DNA from: Methanotrichaceae archaeon
Lineage (GTDB): Archaea > Halobacteriota > Methanosarcinia > Methanotrichales > Methanotrichaceae
Direction: 5' to 3'
DNA: 64,000 nt
Assembly: GCA_963803145.1 (NCBI GenBank)
Contig: CAWDLW010000008.1
Location: forward strand, 416,001 to 480,000
Within the stretch, counting starts at the first letter, position 1; each line of letters begins with the position of its first letter. Below the pieces are notes generated by a model that was not told the origin of the DNA, ran no database searches, and saw only the letters and a program-made list of their open reading frames with translations. Made by a program: the position numbers and the translations under genes. This document shows positions 9,418 to 20,934 of this stretch, piece by piece.

Positions 9418-11948
9418 GGTCTGTATTTTTCCAGCATCTTCGACAGATCGTTGATCTGCACAGGCTTGGAGATGTAATCGTCCATGCCTGCATCGATACA
9501 TTTCTCCCTATCGCCCGCCATGGCATAAGCCGTGATTGCAATTATCTTCGGCTGATCCTCGACGGGAACCTTCTCTCGGATGATTCTCGTCGCCTCAAAG
9601 CCATCCATTTCAGGCATACGAACATCCATCAAGATGATATCGTACCTCTGGCGTTCCAGCGACTGCAGGACCTCTATGCCGTTGGCAGCGCAGTCCGCAC
9701 GGTAGCCGAGCCGGACAAGCATCTGCAGTGTGACCTTCTGGCTTGATGAGTTATCCTCGGCAAGGAGAATGCGCAGGGGACTTTGCAGTACCACTAAAGG
9801 CTCAACCAGCTCTGCAGGAGGCAATGTCTGCTTCGCCAGGATGTTTATCAGCATATTATAGAGCGGAAGTGGGCTGATGGGCTTTGCGAGGTTGGATGTA
9901 AACAGACCAGAGGTATCTTCTCCCTTATATCCCTTATATGCAAGATGAATTATCGGCAGAAATCTGCAGTATTTCCTGATACCTTCTGCCAGGTCTAAAC
10001 TATCCTTTCCGCCCAGAATCACAACATTAAACAGCTCGCCTCTGCTTATCCAGTTCAGCGCATCTTGCCTGGAGGCTGTGACAAAGGGAATCATTCCCCA
10101 GGAGTGGGCCTGATGGCCAAGGATGCGCCGGTTGGTCTTGCTATCATCTATGATGAGTATGCGTTTACCCTGAAGCTGAGGCTGAATGCCTGCTGGAAGC
10201 AGCGATTTGCTAGGGGCAGCCTCGGCCTTTATCGTGAAATGGAACGTCGAACCGGTGCCAGGGCAGCTCTCAACCCAGATCCGGCCGCCCATCGCCTCGA
10301 CGAGGCGTTTGCTTATCGCAAGTCCAAGCCCCGTTCCACCATAGTTGCGCGTGATCGATGTATCCACCTGGCTGAATGATTTGAAGAGGCGGTTCATCTT
10401 GCCTGAAGGTATGCCAACACCAGTGTCCTGAACAGTGAAATGGAGCATGCCCTCTTCGCTGCCAGCTGTGACAAGAACCTCTCCCTCTTCAGTGAATTTG
10501 ACAGCGTTCCCGAGAAGATTGACTAGAACCTGGCGGAGCCTTCCTGGGTCGCCGACAATCATATCGGGCGTATTTTTATCCATGATATAGGCCAGATTCA
10601 GATCCTTCAGGGCAGCATTTGAGGCTACCAAGCTGAGCGTTTCCTCGATACAAGCTCGCAGATCGAATGGCTGAAGCTCGAGCTCTATCTTTCTGCTCTC
10701 TATCTTCGAGAAGTCGAGAATATCATTGATTATTGCCAGAAGCGCATCCCCATTGCTGCGAATGGTTTCCAAAGAGTCCCTCTGCTCAGGCGTCATGGGA
10801 TCGTCCAGAAGAAGGCTTGTCATGCCGATGATTGCATTCATGGGCGTTCTTATCTCGTGGCTCATATTTGCGAGGAACTCAGACTTGGCAATAGATGCCT
10901 CCTCGGCCTTCTCCTTGGCCATGAGAAGCTCCTTCTCTGTCATCTCGTGCTCTGCAATCTCAGCTTGAAGCTCCTCGTTCATGGCTTCAAGCTCCTCTTT
11001 TGCCTCAGACAGCTTTGCCGTCCTCTCTTGCACCCTCAGCTCAAGCTCATCCCTTGCAAGCCTAAGGTTGGCCTCAACACGCTTGCATTCGCTTATATCC
11101 GATAGGGTGATTACACAGCCGATGATCTGATCTCCGGCGTTCTTCAAAGGACCTGCATTGAGGAGAAGATAGAAGAACCTTCCATCACTTCGTTCGAAGA
11201 TCGTTTCTTGCCTCAACAGAGTATTGCCCTGAAGGGAAGCGCTGACTGGCAGTATCCTTTCACCCGCAGCTCCATCCTTGGAAAGCCTGAGATCGAAGAT
11301 CTCGTCGAAATTCTTGAACAATAGATCTTGGCCACAGATACTTGCCGCAGTGTTGCTGAACCGAATAACTTTGCCATAGGAGTCACAGACCACAATGCCT
11401 TCGGCCGCCTGCTCGATGATGGAGCGAGCAAGCCTCTCTGCGGCCACCATCTCCTCGCTGTGCTTTTGGTCTGTAAGATCCATTACGACAACGGCGCGGC
11501 CCTCATCCAACTCAGAGATATTTAGGGCGCTTGCAGAAAGGTAAACCGGTAGTATTCCATCTCCCGCCAGTAGGGATATCTCTCCCTTATCCGCGTTATG
11601 CAGAAGTGTCCTTAAGGCTGCTCGGCATTCAGCCGGAACAAAATCGTAGATCGAAGCACCAATCACCCTTTCCAGTGGAGTGCTGACCATATCTGCGAAG
11701 CGGCGGTTACAGTAAATGATGACTCCATCGGAAGTAAGTGTGATTGCGCCCTCATTCATGGTCTCGACGGCGATACGATAGGCGTAATCTGCCCCCTCGA
11801 TGGTGTAAACCTGATCGCCATTTGGCCCCGATATCACGAGGGCATCCACATCTCCTGAGTGAATGGCACTAAGAAGCTCTTCGGACTCCTTGAGGCGCTC
11901 GGAAAGGTTATCGATCTTTGCCTGAATCTCCGCCTGCGGTTCGGCCAT
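9414..11948 (-). CDS. Hybrid PAS-PAS histidine kinase with two receiver domains
   Basis: H-box [13 protein letters not shown]-box [10 protein letters not shown]-boxes DTGVG and GGTGLGL; degenerate REC1 and intact REC2 (ILMDVRMP). Confidence 0.93.
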   Translation of the reverse strand: MAEPQAEIQAKIDNLSERLKESEELLSAIHSGDVDALVISGPNGDQVYTIEGADYAYRIAVETMNEGAITLTSDGVIIYCNRRFADMVSTPLERVIGASIYDFVPAECRAALRTLLHNADKGEISLLAGDGILPVYLSASALNISELDEGRAVVVMDLTDQKHSEEMVAAERLARSIIEQAAEGIVVCDSYGKVIRFSNTAASICGQDLLFKNFDEIFDLRLSKDGAAGERILPVSASLQGNTLLRQETIFERSDGRFFYLLLNAGPLKNAGDQIIGCVITLSDISECKRVEANLRLARDELELRVQERTAKLSEAKEELEAMNEELQAEIAEHEMTEKELLMAKEKAEEASIAKSEFLANMSHEIRTPMNAIIGMTSLLLDDPMTPEQRDSLETIRSNGDALLAIINDILDFSKIESRKIELELQPFDLRACIEETLSLVASNAALKDLNLAYIMDKNTPDMIVGDPGRLRQVLVNLLGNAVKFTEEGEVLVTAGSEEGMLHFTVQDTGVGIPSGKMNRLFKSFSQVDTSITRNYGGTGLGLAISKRLVEAMGGRIWVESCPGTGSTFHFTIKAEAAPSKSLLPAGIQPQLQGKRILIIDDSKTNRRILGHQAHSWGMIPFVTASRQDALNWISRGELFNVVILGGKDSLDLAEGIRKYCRFLPIIHLAYKGYKGEDTSGLFTSNLAKPISPLPLYNMLINILAKQTLPPAELVEPLVVLQSPLRILLAEDNSSSQKVTLQMLVRLGYRADCAANGIEVLQSLERQRYDIILMDVRMPEMDGFEATRIIREKVPVEDQPKIIAITAYAMAGDREKCIDAGMDDYISKPVQINDLSKMLEKYRP

Positions 11949-11963
11949 TACTTACTCCTTTAA

Positions 11964-12386
11964 TTAGACCCCATCAGGTTTCTTCTTCGACCCATTCCCC
12001 GTGCCCATCAACCTCAGATCCAAGCCTACGAGGACACGATCTTTGTCGGACATGCTCCCAACCAGCTTTCTGAGAGGCGGTGGAAGCTCCTTGATGAGGG
12101 TTGGTGCTGCTACAATCTGGCCTTCCCTGGCGAAGATAGGCTGCTGATAAATATCGATTATATCGAGCTGGTAGCGTCCAGGCATATTCTCCTCGCAGAT
12201 CTTTTTGATGTTCTCAATTGCCTGGATGGATCTTGGGCTCATGCCGGCAACGTAGAGACGCAGAACGTACTTCTCAGTGCCCATTCTCTTCAGAGCTTTC
12301 TCGAACCTAACAGTTGCATCAGTTTCTATCGAGTCACCGTTCTCTATTCTTTCGCCATTCTCCATTGGATCACCAATTCGTATCAC
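11964..12386 (-). CDS. kaiB: Circadian clock KaiB family protein
   Basis: YVLRLYVAG...IVAAPTLIKELPPPLRKLVGSMS. Confidence 0.92.
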   Translation of the reverse strand: MIRIGDPMENGERIENGDSIETDATVRFEKALKRMGTEKYVLRLYVAGMSPRSIQAIENIKKICEENMPGRYQLDIIDIYQQPIFAREGQIVAAPTLIKELPPPLRKLVGSMSDKDRVLVGLDLRLMGTGNGSKKKPDGV

Positions 12387-12391
12387 GGCAC

Positions 12392-12739
12392 TCAGTTTGT
12401 TTTGGAGCAGAGACCCAGGCCAGTCAGCACACGCTCTATATCGGACATATTTCCTACAAGCCTTCTTAGAGGCAGAGGGGTCTCTTTGATGAGGGTTGGT
12501 GCTGCTATGATCTGGTTTTCTCTGGCAAGTTCTGGACTCTTGCAGATATCGATTATATCAAGCTGGTAGTGCCCAGGGATGTTCTCCTCGCATATATCCT
12601 CGATGTTCTTGATGGCCTGAACCGACTTAAAATCCCTATTCGCAACATAGAGATGCAGAACAAATTCATCATTGCTTCTACCCTTTTGAACTTTTTCGGA
12701 CTTATTTTTATCAAGCCTGTCTACGTTTAATTCAACCAT
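12392..12739 (-). CDS. kaiB: Circadian clock KaiB family protein
   Basis: FVLHLYVA...IIAAPTLIKETPLPLRRLVGNMS; DNA-level similarity to 11964-12386. Confidence 0.88.
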   Translation of the reverse strand: MVELNVDRLDKNKSEKVQKGRSNDEFVLHLYVANRDFKSVQAIKNIEDICEENIPGHYQLDIIDICKSPELARENQIIAAPTLIKETPLPLRRLVGNMSDIERVLTGLGLCSKTN

Positions 12740-12761
12740 CGCATACCATCTTGAACCACCC

Positions 12762-13112
12762 TTATTCCGCAGGACGCAAGTCGAGACCTATCAGCACTCT
12801 CTCTGTATTCGAGAGATCACCTATTATCTTTTTGACTGGTGGAGGAAGCCTCCGCACAAGCGTCGGAATTGCGAGGATCTGGTCGCCCTTCGCGAGCTGA
12901 GGATGCTCCAGAAGATCGACGACCTCGATTCTGTACTTGCCCTTCAGATGCTCCTCACAGATCCTTCGGAGGTTCGCAAAGGCTGCCAGGCTCTTCTTGG
13001 TCTGGCCGGCCACATAGAGCCGCAAGATGTAGACCTGATCATCCTTCAAATATTCTGAAGTTTCCTTATCTACTTCAGTGCTTTCGTCAGTTTCGTCCAT
13101 CTCATCCACCAT
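12762..13112 (-). CDS. kaiB: Circadian clock KaiB family protein
   Basis: [11 protein letters not shown]...[23 protein letters not shown]. Confidence 0.93.
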   Translation of the reverse strand: MVDEMDETDESTEVDKETSEYLKDDQVYILRLYVAGQTKKSLAAFANLRRICEEHLKGKYRIEVVDLLEHPQLAKGDQILAIPTLVRRLPPPVKKIIGDLSNTERVLIGLDLRPAE

Positions 13113-13116
13113 AATT

Positions 13117-14829
13117 TTAAGATGAATCGGCCCCTCTGAGCCTGGCGATCTCTCTTCTGCCGTTCGACATGGCCTTGCTCCGTTGATCGTCCTCCGATAG
13201 GAGCTTATTCAGCTCATCCTCATTAGTTTCGCATTCCAGGTGAAGCATATTCATCTGGGCATTTAGAGACTCGATCTTGTTCTCAAGCGTTCTTCTTCTT
13301 CTCAGGGTCTCCTGATCATTCGTAACAGCATCTGCCTTTTCCTTCGCCTCTTGAGCAATGCGTTCAGTACCCATAACCAGCCCGCCCATCGGCCCGAGGT
13401 AGACATCCATTATCTTCACGCCTTCATCTGTGATCTGGTACTCGCGCGTCTGGTTCGAATGCTCCATGCCTCGTGATTTAACTACAGTGATTCCGCGGTT
13501 GCGTTCATTTCCGTTATCAAACATGCGCAGCCACAGCCATGTATCCATCAAGGATGAGACGCTCTCGGATGTATGCCCTTTTGCCTCATCCTCTATCAGG
13601 CTGGTGCAAAAAGATGTTATGCCCATTATCTTGAGGTAATCTATTAGCCTTGTAAGCATGAACCTCACATCATTTGGGGTCCCTACACTAACAAGGTTCG
13701 ATGTTGGATCGATTATGACAACATTTGGCTGGATTTTATCGATCAGTCTGTGCATATCCAGCAGATGCATCTCAAGGCCGTGGGCCATCGGCCGTCCTGA
13801 GAAGATATGCAGTAGACCCGCATCCATCCACTTAGTAAGGTTGATGCCGATCGAGCTCATGTTGCGGCAGATCTGGCTTGGCGACTCCTCGAAGGCGAAG
13901 TAGATGCTGCGCTCGCCCCTCTTGCAAGCTGCATCGACGAAATGGGCTGCGAAGCTGGACTTGCCTGTGCCTGCCGTTCCAGTGAGAAGGATGCTGCTTC
14001 CGCGGAAGAATCCCCTGCCGCCGAGCATTGCATCAAGCCGCTCAATGCCTGATGAGATCCGCTCAGTGGTAGCGATATGTTCGAGGCCAATGGATGTTAT
14101 TGGCAGAACAGAGATGCCGTCATCTTCTATCAGGAAGGGATACTCATTCGTGCCATGTGAAGAGCCGCGATACTTGATTATGCGCATCCTTCTGGTGGCA
14201 ATCTGGTTGTCCATGCGGTTATCGAGGACTATAACACAGTCTGCGACATATTCCTCAAGGCCATACCTGGTTAAAGTTTTCTCGCCCTTTTCACCAGTAA
14301 CAATGGCTGTGACTCCCTTGCTCTTCAGCCAGCGGAATAACCTTTGAAGCTCTGAACGCAGAATAGAAGTGTTTTGGAATCCTGAAAAGAGGACCTCGAT
14401 TGTATCTAAGACTACGCGCTTTGCTCCGATAGAGTCGATGGCGCTCCCCAGGCGGATGAAGAGCCCTTCGAGGTCGTAATCGCCCGTCTCCTCGATCTCG
14501 CTCGGATCGATGTAAATATAATCGATGAGGATCTTGTTCGTCTCCTGTAGCCTCTTGAGGTCGAAGCCGAGTGAGCTGAAGTTCTTTGTAAGCTCATCAG
14601 GTGTCTCCTCAAAGGCCACGAAGACTCCAGGCTCGTCATACTGAACAGCACCTTGCGCAAGAAACTGCATTGAGAGTAATGTCTTTCCCGAGCCTGCACT
14701 CCCGCAAACAAGTGTTGGGCGGCCTTTGGGAAGCCCGCCATCTGTGATCTCATCAAGACCCTTTATGCCTGTGGGAGATTTCTCTAAAACTTCAGAATCG
14801 ATAATAGTAGTAGTATTAGCATCTGCCAT
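13117..14829 (-). CDS. kaiC: Circadian clock protein KaiC (two ATPase domains, C-terminal coiled-coil tail)
   Basis: Walker A GSAGSGKT and [11 protein letters not shown] in both domains, EEYVAD, KYRG/KSRG; SS at the phosphosite position. Confidence 0.95.
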   Translation of the reverse strand: MADANTTTIIDSEVLEKSPTGIKGLDEITDGGLPKGRPTLVCGSAGSGKTLLSMQFLAQGAVQYDEPGVFVAFEETPDELTKNFSSLGFDLKRLQETNKILIDYIYIDPSEIEETGDYDLEGLFIRLGSAIDSIGAKRVVLDTIEVLFSGFQNTSILRSELQRLFRWLKSKGVTAIVTGEKGEKTLTRYGLEEYVADCVIVLDNRMDNQIATRRMRIIKYRGSSHGTNEYPFLIEDDGISVLPITSIGLEHIATTERISSGIERLDAMLGGRGFFRGSSILLTGTAGTGKSSFAAHFVDAACKRGERSIYFAFEESPSQICRNMSSIGINLTKWMDAGLLHIFSGRPMAHGLEMHLLDMHRLIDKIQPNVVIIDPTSNLVSVGTPNDVRFMLTRLIDYLKIMGITSFCTSLIEDEAKGHTSESVSSLMDTWLWLRMFDNGNERNRGITVVKSRGMEHSNQTREYQITDEGVKIMDVYLGPMGGLVMGTERIAQEAKEKADAVTNDQETLRRRRTLENKIESLNAQMNMLHLECETNEDELNKLLSEDDQRSKAMSNGRREIARLRGADSS

Positions 14830-15007
14830 GCACTTGCTTCACTTCCATACCTTTTTCTTTTGGCCCACCCAGCCGAGCGACTAAGCTCACGGGGCATGCA
14901 GGGCATTCAACGACTTCTTTGCTTATGGAGAGCTAAACGTATATCTGACTAATAAAACTGATCCTTCCAGGAGCCTATCGCACACTGCTCTGCCTGAATT
15001 AAGCGGA

Positions 15008-15295
15008 TTACTCCAACACAACCTTGAAGTAGCTTCCCATGACGCAGAGACTCTCTTCTGGGCCGAACTGCTCGAAAAGGTCGCAGGGAGTACCGCGATA
15101 GCACGGCAGGTGATGTATACTGCAAACTGCCATCTCACCCTGATAGTCAAGGTGAGGACACCTTGTGCCTCTGGGCTTTAGAATCATTGACTGCGGAGCG
15201 GCAATATCCACAGTTCCATCAGATCTGATCGATTTAGGGTTTATGATTGTGACATCCAGGTAAGTGCAGCAGCAGCCGCATCTAGTGCATTTCAT
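15008..15295 (-). CDS. YkgJ/CxxCxxCC cysteine-cluster protein
   Basis: CTRCGCCC, CPHL, CSIH motifs. Confidence 0.8.
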   Translation of the reverse strand: MKCTRCGCCCTYLDVTIINPKSIRSDGTVDIAAPQSMILKPRGTRCPHLDYQGEMAVCSIHHLPCYRGTPCDLFEQFGPEESLCVMGSYFKVVLE

Positions 15296-16053
15296 TTTTC
15301 ATCTCGCTTTATGGGGCAATGATGATAATGGTGATTAACATCATCTAGGTTTCGATAGCCTCGAAACAGCAGAGCTTCATTTTATGCCAGCCTTCGCATA
15401 TGGCCATAGATGTCTCAGCTTGCTGCCGGATCCCTGCTGAAAGATAGGCTAATATTATTATCACTACAGATTTTTATATCATCTGTTATGCTGCTTGTAT
15501 TTAGACAATCTCCATAATCTGCAACGACTCAATCCAAGCACCCAATTCAAGATTGCCTATAAGTATGCCAAAGGCCGGCCGGACGAATATAAATGCCAGA
15601 TCGTAACCTATTCTAGAGAAATAATATCTCCCAAAGATCTTAGTATAATTTTCGTTAAGTTGCTCTATTACTTACGACTAGTCCGAATTTGACCTTCTTT
15701 AAACTTTTAATAGGCATTTGAATTTTCAATGGTGGGGAATCGCCAGGAGACCAGGACATATTAGAAGCATCGATGGACCTGGGGCTCAGGGGCTGATATC
15801 GAAGCTTGCCGCTGAATTGAGAAGGTGATAAGAGGCGCGAGCCCGAATAGCGAATGCCCTAGACATCTATTGGGCAGCTTATCTGAAACAGTGTTTATTT
15901 ATTTTGGAAGTTTCAAATACAAAGAACGTTAGATGCATAAGGTTCTTTCCAAATACACATTTGGGGCCAAAGTATCTTACGGTTGCCTATAAAGAACTGT
16001 CTTCATTTGGCGAACTCACAGACTTGATTTTTATCAATAGTATCCTTCCCAAG

Positions 16054-16168
16054 GATGACAATTAGAGCCTACACTTCCTTCTGGGGCTAAAACTAACGGT
16101 TTACTAGCGTCCTCAATCGCCGGATGGGCTACCCCTAACCCCTCTTCGGGGGAAGGCTCTGGATACGA
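16054..16168 (+). repeat. Structured repeat A, copy 1
   Basis: ctacacttccttctggggctaaaactaacggtttactagcgtcctcaatcgccggatgggctacccctaacccctcttcgggggaaggctctgga. Confidence 0.92.
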
Positions 16169-16312
16169 ATGACTATAAGGTAGATGGGGACAGGATTAAC
16201 GGTTCCATTTGTGTGATAAAACATTGTTAGCTCAGTCATCAAACATAAAAATGATTCAAACGACATCGGATAAGTTAAGTTATAAAGACTTCATCGGAAT
16301 GGCTCCACTAAA

Positions 16313-16417
16313 ATGTCCAAGAAGCTCGCAATCACCGGCGGCGCAGGATTCATAGGCTCAAACCTCGCCGAAGCACTCGCCAAAGAAAATGAGGTCATAG
16401 TAATCGATGACCTCTCT
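16313..16417 (+). pseudogene. 5' fragment (~35 codons) of the NDP-sugar epimerase at 18323
   Basis: MSKKLAITGGAGFIGSNLAEALAKENEVIVIDDLS, then homology ends abruptly. Confidence 0.85.
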
Positions 16418-16490
16418 TTGATCGGGAAAATAGTCTCAAATACTAAGATGCTCAAACATTTGTATCATACAACCAAATGCCCGGAGCGGT

Positions 16491-16745
16491 TTGAAATTGG
16501 CTGAATATCTCATTTCACTAAAAATAGAAAAACTGGAAGAAGGCGCATATCTGGCTACTAGCGATACACTCCAGGGACTGGTGGCTCAAGGACGAACCAT
16601 AGCAGAGACTATGGAGATAGCGCAGGATGTAGCCAAGAAGCTCATCGAGTCGTATATAGAGCATGGAGATCCTCTGCCTGCTGAGATGGTGCCAGCAGCG
16701 AAGATTGTTAAAGACGTTAAGATACCTGTTGCTGTGACTGTATGA
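16491..16745 (+). CDS. hicB: HicB family antitoxin
   Basis: GLVAQGRTIAETMEIAQD...GDPLP; overlaps hicA (ATGA). Confidence 0.88.
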   Translation: MKLAEYLISLKIEKLEEGAYLATSDTLQGLVAQGRTIAETMEIAQDVAKKLIESYIEHGDPLPAEMVPAAKIVKDVKIPVAVTV

Positions 16746-16972
16746 CAAAGCTTCCTGCCGTGACTTCGAACGAGGTTATACTTGGGCTTAAAAAGGCAGG
16801 ATTTGTGTTCGACCGACAAGGGAAGGGCAGTCATGAGATCTGGTATAATCCGGTTACAAAAAGGAGAACGACTGTTCCAAATCATCCTGGCGTGGATATC
16901 CCAAAAGGAACATTAAGGGCGATACTGAAAGAGGCCGGACTCTCGGCGGAAGAGTTTCTGAAGCTAATTTGA
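16742..16972 (+). CDS. hicA: HicA family toxin
   Basis: GKGSHEIW, TVPNH, GTLRAILKEAG. Confidence 0.92.
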   Translation: MTKLPAVTSNEVILGLKKAGFVFDRQGKGSHEIWYNPVTKRRTTVPNHPGVDIPKGTLRAILKEAGLSAEEFLKLI

Positions 16973-17070
16973 GCAAAATCTTCTTTGTTTCTTTACCGCA
17001 TCCTTCTCAGAGATTACAGTTCAAGAGCGTACATTCCAGAATCGCTCTTACTTTTTCGTTTGTGCCTGCT

Positions 17071-17184
17071 GATATAATTCAAGGCCTACATCTCTTCTGG
17101 GGCTAAAACTAGCGGTTTACTAGCGTCCTCAATCGCCGGACGGGCTACCCCTAACCCCTCTTCGGGGGAAGGCTCTGGATACGA
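17071..17184 (+). repeat. Structured repeat A, copy 2
   Basis: Near-identical to copy 1; identity continues through the leader into the epimerase 5' fragment. Confidence 0.92.
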
Positions 17185-17327
17185 ATGACTATAAGGTCGA
17201 TGGGGACAGGATTAACGGTTCCATTTGTGTGATAAAACATTGTTAGCTCAGTCATCAAACATAAAAATGATTCAAACGACATCGGATAAGTTAAGTTATA
17301 AAGACTTCATCGGAAAGTCCAACTAAA

Positions 17328-17597
17328 ATGTCCAAGAAGCTCGCAATCACCGGCGACGCAGGATTCATAGGCTCGAACCTTGCCGAAGCACTCGCTGCAG
17401 ATAATGAGGTCGTAGCAATCGATGATTTATCCTCCGGAAAGCTTCAGAACATGGATGGAATAGATGCCAAGATCATCCGGGGATGCGTCACCGACCTTTC
17501 GCTCCTTGAAAGAGCCTTCCAGGATGTGGACTGCATGTTCCACCTGGCCGCAATAGCATCTGTACAGCGAAGCGTCGAGGACCCTGTCAAGACCAAC
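17328..17597 (+). pseudogene. 5' fragment (~90 codons) of NDP-sugar epimerase
   Basis: Aligns with the 18323 protein up to SVEDPVKTN; GxxGxxG motif mutated (TGDAGFIG). Confidence 0.85.
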
Positions 17598-17665
17598 AAA
17601 GGCATAAAAGAACTTTTTAGGAGAAAGACTCTTAACATCCAAAACCCTACTTCTAATGGATTTGT

Positions 17666-17869
17666 ATGCGATTCAAAGTCATAATTAGCGAGGGAGAAGA
17701 TGGCTGGCTCGTTGTAGAATGCCCTTCTCTGCCAGGCTGCATCTCACAGGGAAGAACCGTTGAGGAGGCCCTGGAGAACATAAAAGATGCTATACAAGGG
17801 TGTCTGGACGTGCTCGGTGAACGAACCAGCGCCAAAGATAGCGAAAGGGTAGTTGAAGTCGAGGCTTGA
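17666..17869 (+). CDS. hicB: HicB family antitoxin (short)
   Basis: CPSLPGCISQGRTVEEALENIKDAI. Confidence 0.92.
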   Translation: MRFKVIISEGEDGWLVVECPSLPGCISQGRTVEEALENIKDAIQGCLDVLGERTSAKDSERVVEVEA

Positions 17870-18090
17870 TGGCAAGACTGCCCCTGATCTCCGGAGCAAA
17901 GGCAGTCAAAACATTCAGTAAAGCCGGCTGGATAACAGCCCGGCAGACAGGAAGTCACCTAATTATGATCAAGCAGGGCTCATCAATTACACTTTCGGTG
18001 CCCATGCATAGCGAAATCGACTGGGGAACGTTAAGAAAGCTTATCGGGCTTGCGGGACTCTCCGTAGAAGAGTTTCTTGATTTATTGTAG
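17866..18090 (+). CDS. hicA: HicA family toxin
   Basis: RQTGSHLIM, SVPMH, GTLRKLI. Confidence 0.92.
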   Translation: MMARLPLISGAKAVKTFSKAGWITARQTGSHLIMIKQGSSITLSVPMHSEIDWGTLRKLIGLAGLSVEEFLDLL

Positions 18091-18157
18091 CGTATCCCAA
18101 ATAGCCATGAAATCATGTTCCCTCTGCGGTGAACGCTCCTAGGCTAATCGTATGCTT

Positions 18158-18271
18158 CTAATTCAAGAGACTAAACTCATTTTAGGGCTAAAACTAATGG
18201 TTTTCCTAGCGCCCTCGATCCCCGTGCGGGCTGCCCCTAACCCCTCTTCGGGGGAAGGCTTTGGAAGACGA
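18158..18271 (+). repeat. Structured repeat A, copy 3 (diverged)
   Basis: gggctaaaactaatggttttcctagcgccctcgatccccgtgcgggctgcccctaacccctcttcgggggaaggctttgga. Confidence 0.9.
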
Positions 18272-18322
18272 TAGAAAGTTGATGAGGACAAGATTGAACA
18301 ACAAATATTCTCGATCATCACA

Positions 18323-19252
18323 ATGTCCCAAAAATTCGCAATCACCGGCGGTGCAGGATTCATAGGCTCGAACCTTGCCGAAGCACTCGCCTCCGAGAAT
18401 GAGGTCATAGTAATCGACGATTTATCTTCCGGAAAGCTTCAGAACCTCGACGGAATAAATGCTCATTCCATTAAAGGAAGCGTCACCGACCTTTCGCTTT
18501 TGAGAAGCGCCTTCGAGGACGTAGATTGCGTATTCCATTTGGCTGCCATAGCATCTGTACAGAAAAGCGTCGAGGACCCGGTTCGGAGCAACGAAGTGAA
18601 TATCGGCGGCACGCTGAATGCACTTGTAGCCGCAAGAGATGCAGGCGTGAAGCGAGTCGTATTCGCATCATCGGCGGCGGTCTACGGCGACTCTCCGACG
18701 TTACCTAAGAAAGAGGATATGATGCCTGATCCGATGTCGCCCTATGCGGTCACCAAGCTCGCAGGCGAGCACTATTGCAGAGTGTTTCAAGAATTATATG
18801 GTATGGATACAGTGGCTCTGAGGTTCTTCAATGTCTTCGGGCCGAAGCAGGATCCGAGCTCCGAGTACTCGGGCGTGATATCCCGGTTTATTTCTGCTGT
18901 GCTGAAGGGCGAGCAGCCTGTTGTATATGGGGATGGGGAGCAGACGAGGGACTTCGTGTTTGTGAAGGATGTCGTTAGGGCTTGCGAAATTGCGGCTGCG
19001 GGTGAAGCTACGAGCGTGTATAACGTTGCTCGTGGAGAGAGCACCAGTTTGAATAAGCTGGTGAGGATCCTGGGGGAGATTACAGGCAAAGATGTTCAGG
19101 CTCGGTACGCTCCGGCAAGGGCTGGGGATATCAGGCACTCGCTGGCGGATGTTGAGAAGTTGGGATACAGGCCGGAGCATACAGTGGATGAGGGGCTGAA
19201 GGAGACGGTGGAGTGGTTTGCTGCAGTGTCTAAGCAGGTAAATGGAAATTAA
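18323..19252 (+). CDS. NAD-dependent NDP-sugar 4-epimerase (GalE/WbpP-like SDR), full length
   Basis: TGGAGFIG, YAVTK (YxxxK), FNVFGP, GDGEQTRDF. Confidence 0.92.
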   Translation: MSQKFAITGGAGFIGSNLAEALASENEVIVIDDLSSGKLQNLDGINAHSIKGSVTDLSLLRSAFEDVDCVFHLAAIASVQKSVEDPVRSNEVNIGGTLNALVAARDAGVKRVVFASSAAVYGDSPTLPKKEDMMPDPMSPYAVTKLAGEHYCRVFQELYGMDTVALRFFNVFGPKQDPSSEYSGVISRFISAVLKGEQPVVYGDGEQTRDFVFVKDVVRACEIAAAGEATSVYNVARGESTSLNKLVRILGEITGKDVQARYAPARAGDIRHSLADVEKLGYRPEHTVDEGLKETVEWFAAVSKQVNGN

Positions 19253-19280
19253 TAGTCGACATATCTGGATGGCATGAATC

Positions 19281-19469
19281 TTGAGCAAACATGAGATAGC
19301 TGTTGAGTTATACAAATCCGAGAAGATATCATTGAGTAGAGCGGCTGAGATCGCTGGTGTCTCTCTGGAGGAGTTCAAGGATCTTCTAGAGATTAAGGGG
19401 ATAAAAAGAGAGATTGCAGCCCCAACAGAAGATGAGATACAGCGTGGAGTTGACCTAATACTTGGATAA
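19281..19469 (+). CDS. UPF0175 family antitoxin-like protein
   Basis: AVELYKSEKISLSRAAEIAGVS; overlaps the downstream PIN gene. Confidence 0.85.
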   Translation: MSKHEIAVELYKSEKISLSRAAEIAGVSLEEFKDLLEIKGIKREIAAPTEDEIQRGVDLILG

Positions 19470-19908
19470 AGCTATCATCCTGGATGCTGATATAGCAAGC
19501 GCATTTGCCAAAATCGAATGCCTGGGCCTTTTCAAGCGGTATCTCTCTAAATTAGACTTTGGATTCAAGTTTCCACTAGATATATTCGGCAGCTTTGAAT
19601 TATTATACCCCTCAGACGTGGAAAGTGAGAGATACCAGGCTCTTATAACCAAGAACAGAAAATTGGGAAAAGGAGAGCTGGAGGCCATATGCATCTGCAA
19701 ATGCAGAGGATATGTATTCTCTTCTATGGACCAGGTAGCTCTGAAGTTTGCATACGATGAGGGTGTCAAGACCCTCCGGATTCATTCAATTCTACGCGGA
19801 CTGTGGAAGTCGGGCATGCAGTCTAAGAATGAAGTCCTCGATGTTATAAGAGCGCTCGAAGATAAAGACAAGACTCGTATCAGAAATGTTGATTCTATAT
19901 TTAAGTGA
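19462..19908 (+). CDS. PIN-domain (VapC-like) toxin, possibly internally deleted
   Basis: IILDAD, LGKGELEAI, SMD motifs. Confidence 0.75.
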   Translation: MDKAIILDADIASAFAKIECLGLFKRYLSKLDFGFKFPLDIFGSFELLYPSDVESERYQALITKNRKLGKGELEAICICKCRGYVFSSMDQVALKFAYDEGVKTLRIHSILRGLWKSGMQSKNEVLDVIRALEDKDKTRIRNVDSIFK

Positions 19909-20005
19909 ATGATAATACCAGCATCAATGGCTTTAATTGATTCCTTCCCGTTCTTCAAGAGATTATAGTTCAAGAGCGTAATTCCGATTTACGCTCGGGC
20001 TGACT

Positions 20006-20122
20006 AATACAATTCCAAAAACTACACTTCCTTCTGGGGCTAAAACTAGCGGTTTACTGGCGTCCTCAATTGCCGGACGGGCTACCCCTAACCCCTCTTC
20101 GGGGGATGGCTCTGGAAAACGA
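20006..20122 (+). repeat. Structured repeat A, copy 4
   Basis: Same core; shares extra upstream and downstream flanks with copy 7. Confidence 0.92.
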
Positions 20123-20216
20123 TAGAAGGTTGATGATGACAGGATTCTCGCCTGTATGGAATAGGATATCTGTCTGAAACCAATAATAGTAAAGTCTCTC
20201 TGTGCCTCTGTGTCTC

Positions 20217-20934
20217 TGTGGTGAATCGTCGTTGGCTCTGTTATCAAACATACAGCATACTTTAACCAACCGCAAGAACAGAAAGGCATAAAGAACGCAC
20301 AAGTATATTTCACAATCATTGAGAAACTTTTCAATAGATTTATAAATCAGGATTGTTATTTAGCGGTAAGTGGGAGGATAACGGATAAATGAGCGTAACG
20401 GGGAGGGGAATCACAGCCATTTTGCCTGCATATAATGAGGAGGTGGCTATAGGCAGCGTGGTCCTGCGGACGAAGCAGTACGCAGACCGCGTGATAGTGG
20501 TTGATGACGGCAGCAGCGACCGCACAGCTGAGGTGGCCAGGCTGGCGGGCGCAGAAGTGATCCGCCACCAGAAGAACATGGGGAAGGGGGCAGCTTTAAA
20601 GACAGGCTTTGAGGCCCTGAATGATCTTCAAAGTGAAGCATATCTACATATCTCCGGGGGTATGGGCCCGAAGAGCGGCAATGAGTCGCAAAATGGGCAT
20701 GGAATCATCGTGACCATAGACACCGATGGCCAGCACGATCCGGCGGATATCCCGAAGCTGGTCGAACCCATACTGAAGGGCGAGGCGGATATGGTCAACG
20801 GCAGCCGCTACCTGAATGGCAACAAGAAGGATACACCTTTTTACCGCCGAATGGGCCAGAAAGTTCTTGATGCGGCCACCAACCTGGATAGCGGGTTGAG
20901 TGTGACTGATACACAGAGTGGATTTCGGGCGTTT
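20217..20934 (+). repeat. ~718-bp direct repeat (leader plus GT2 5' part), partner at 26398-27115
   Basis: Near-identical sequence at an offset of 6181 bp. Confidence 0.9.

Noticed and set aside
6855-14756. Many antisense and overlapping ORFs within ygiQ, the kinase and the kai genes
   Set aside because: Shadow frames of well-supported genes with no recognisable motifs
14862-14905. GC-rich stretch upstream of kaiC sharing gcatgccccg with the IS200 right end
   Set aside because: Match too short and hairpin too degenerate to call either an IS scar or a regulatory RNA
15300-16050. Short ORF 15495-15692 and possible gene debris
   Set aside because: No recognisable motif or support for coding
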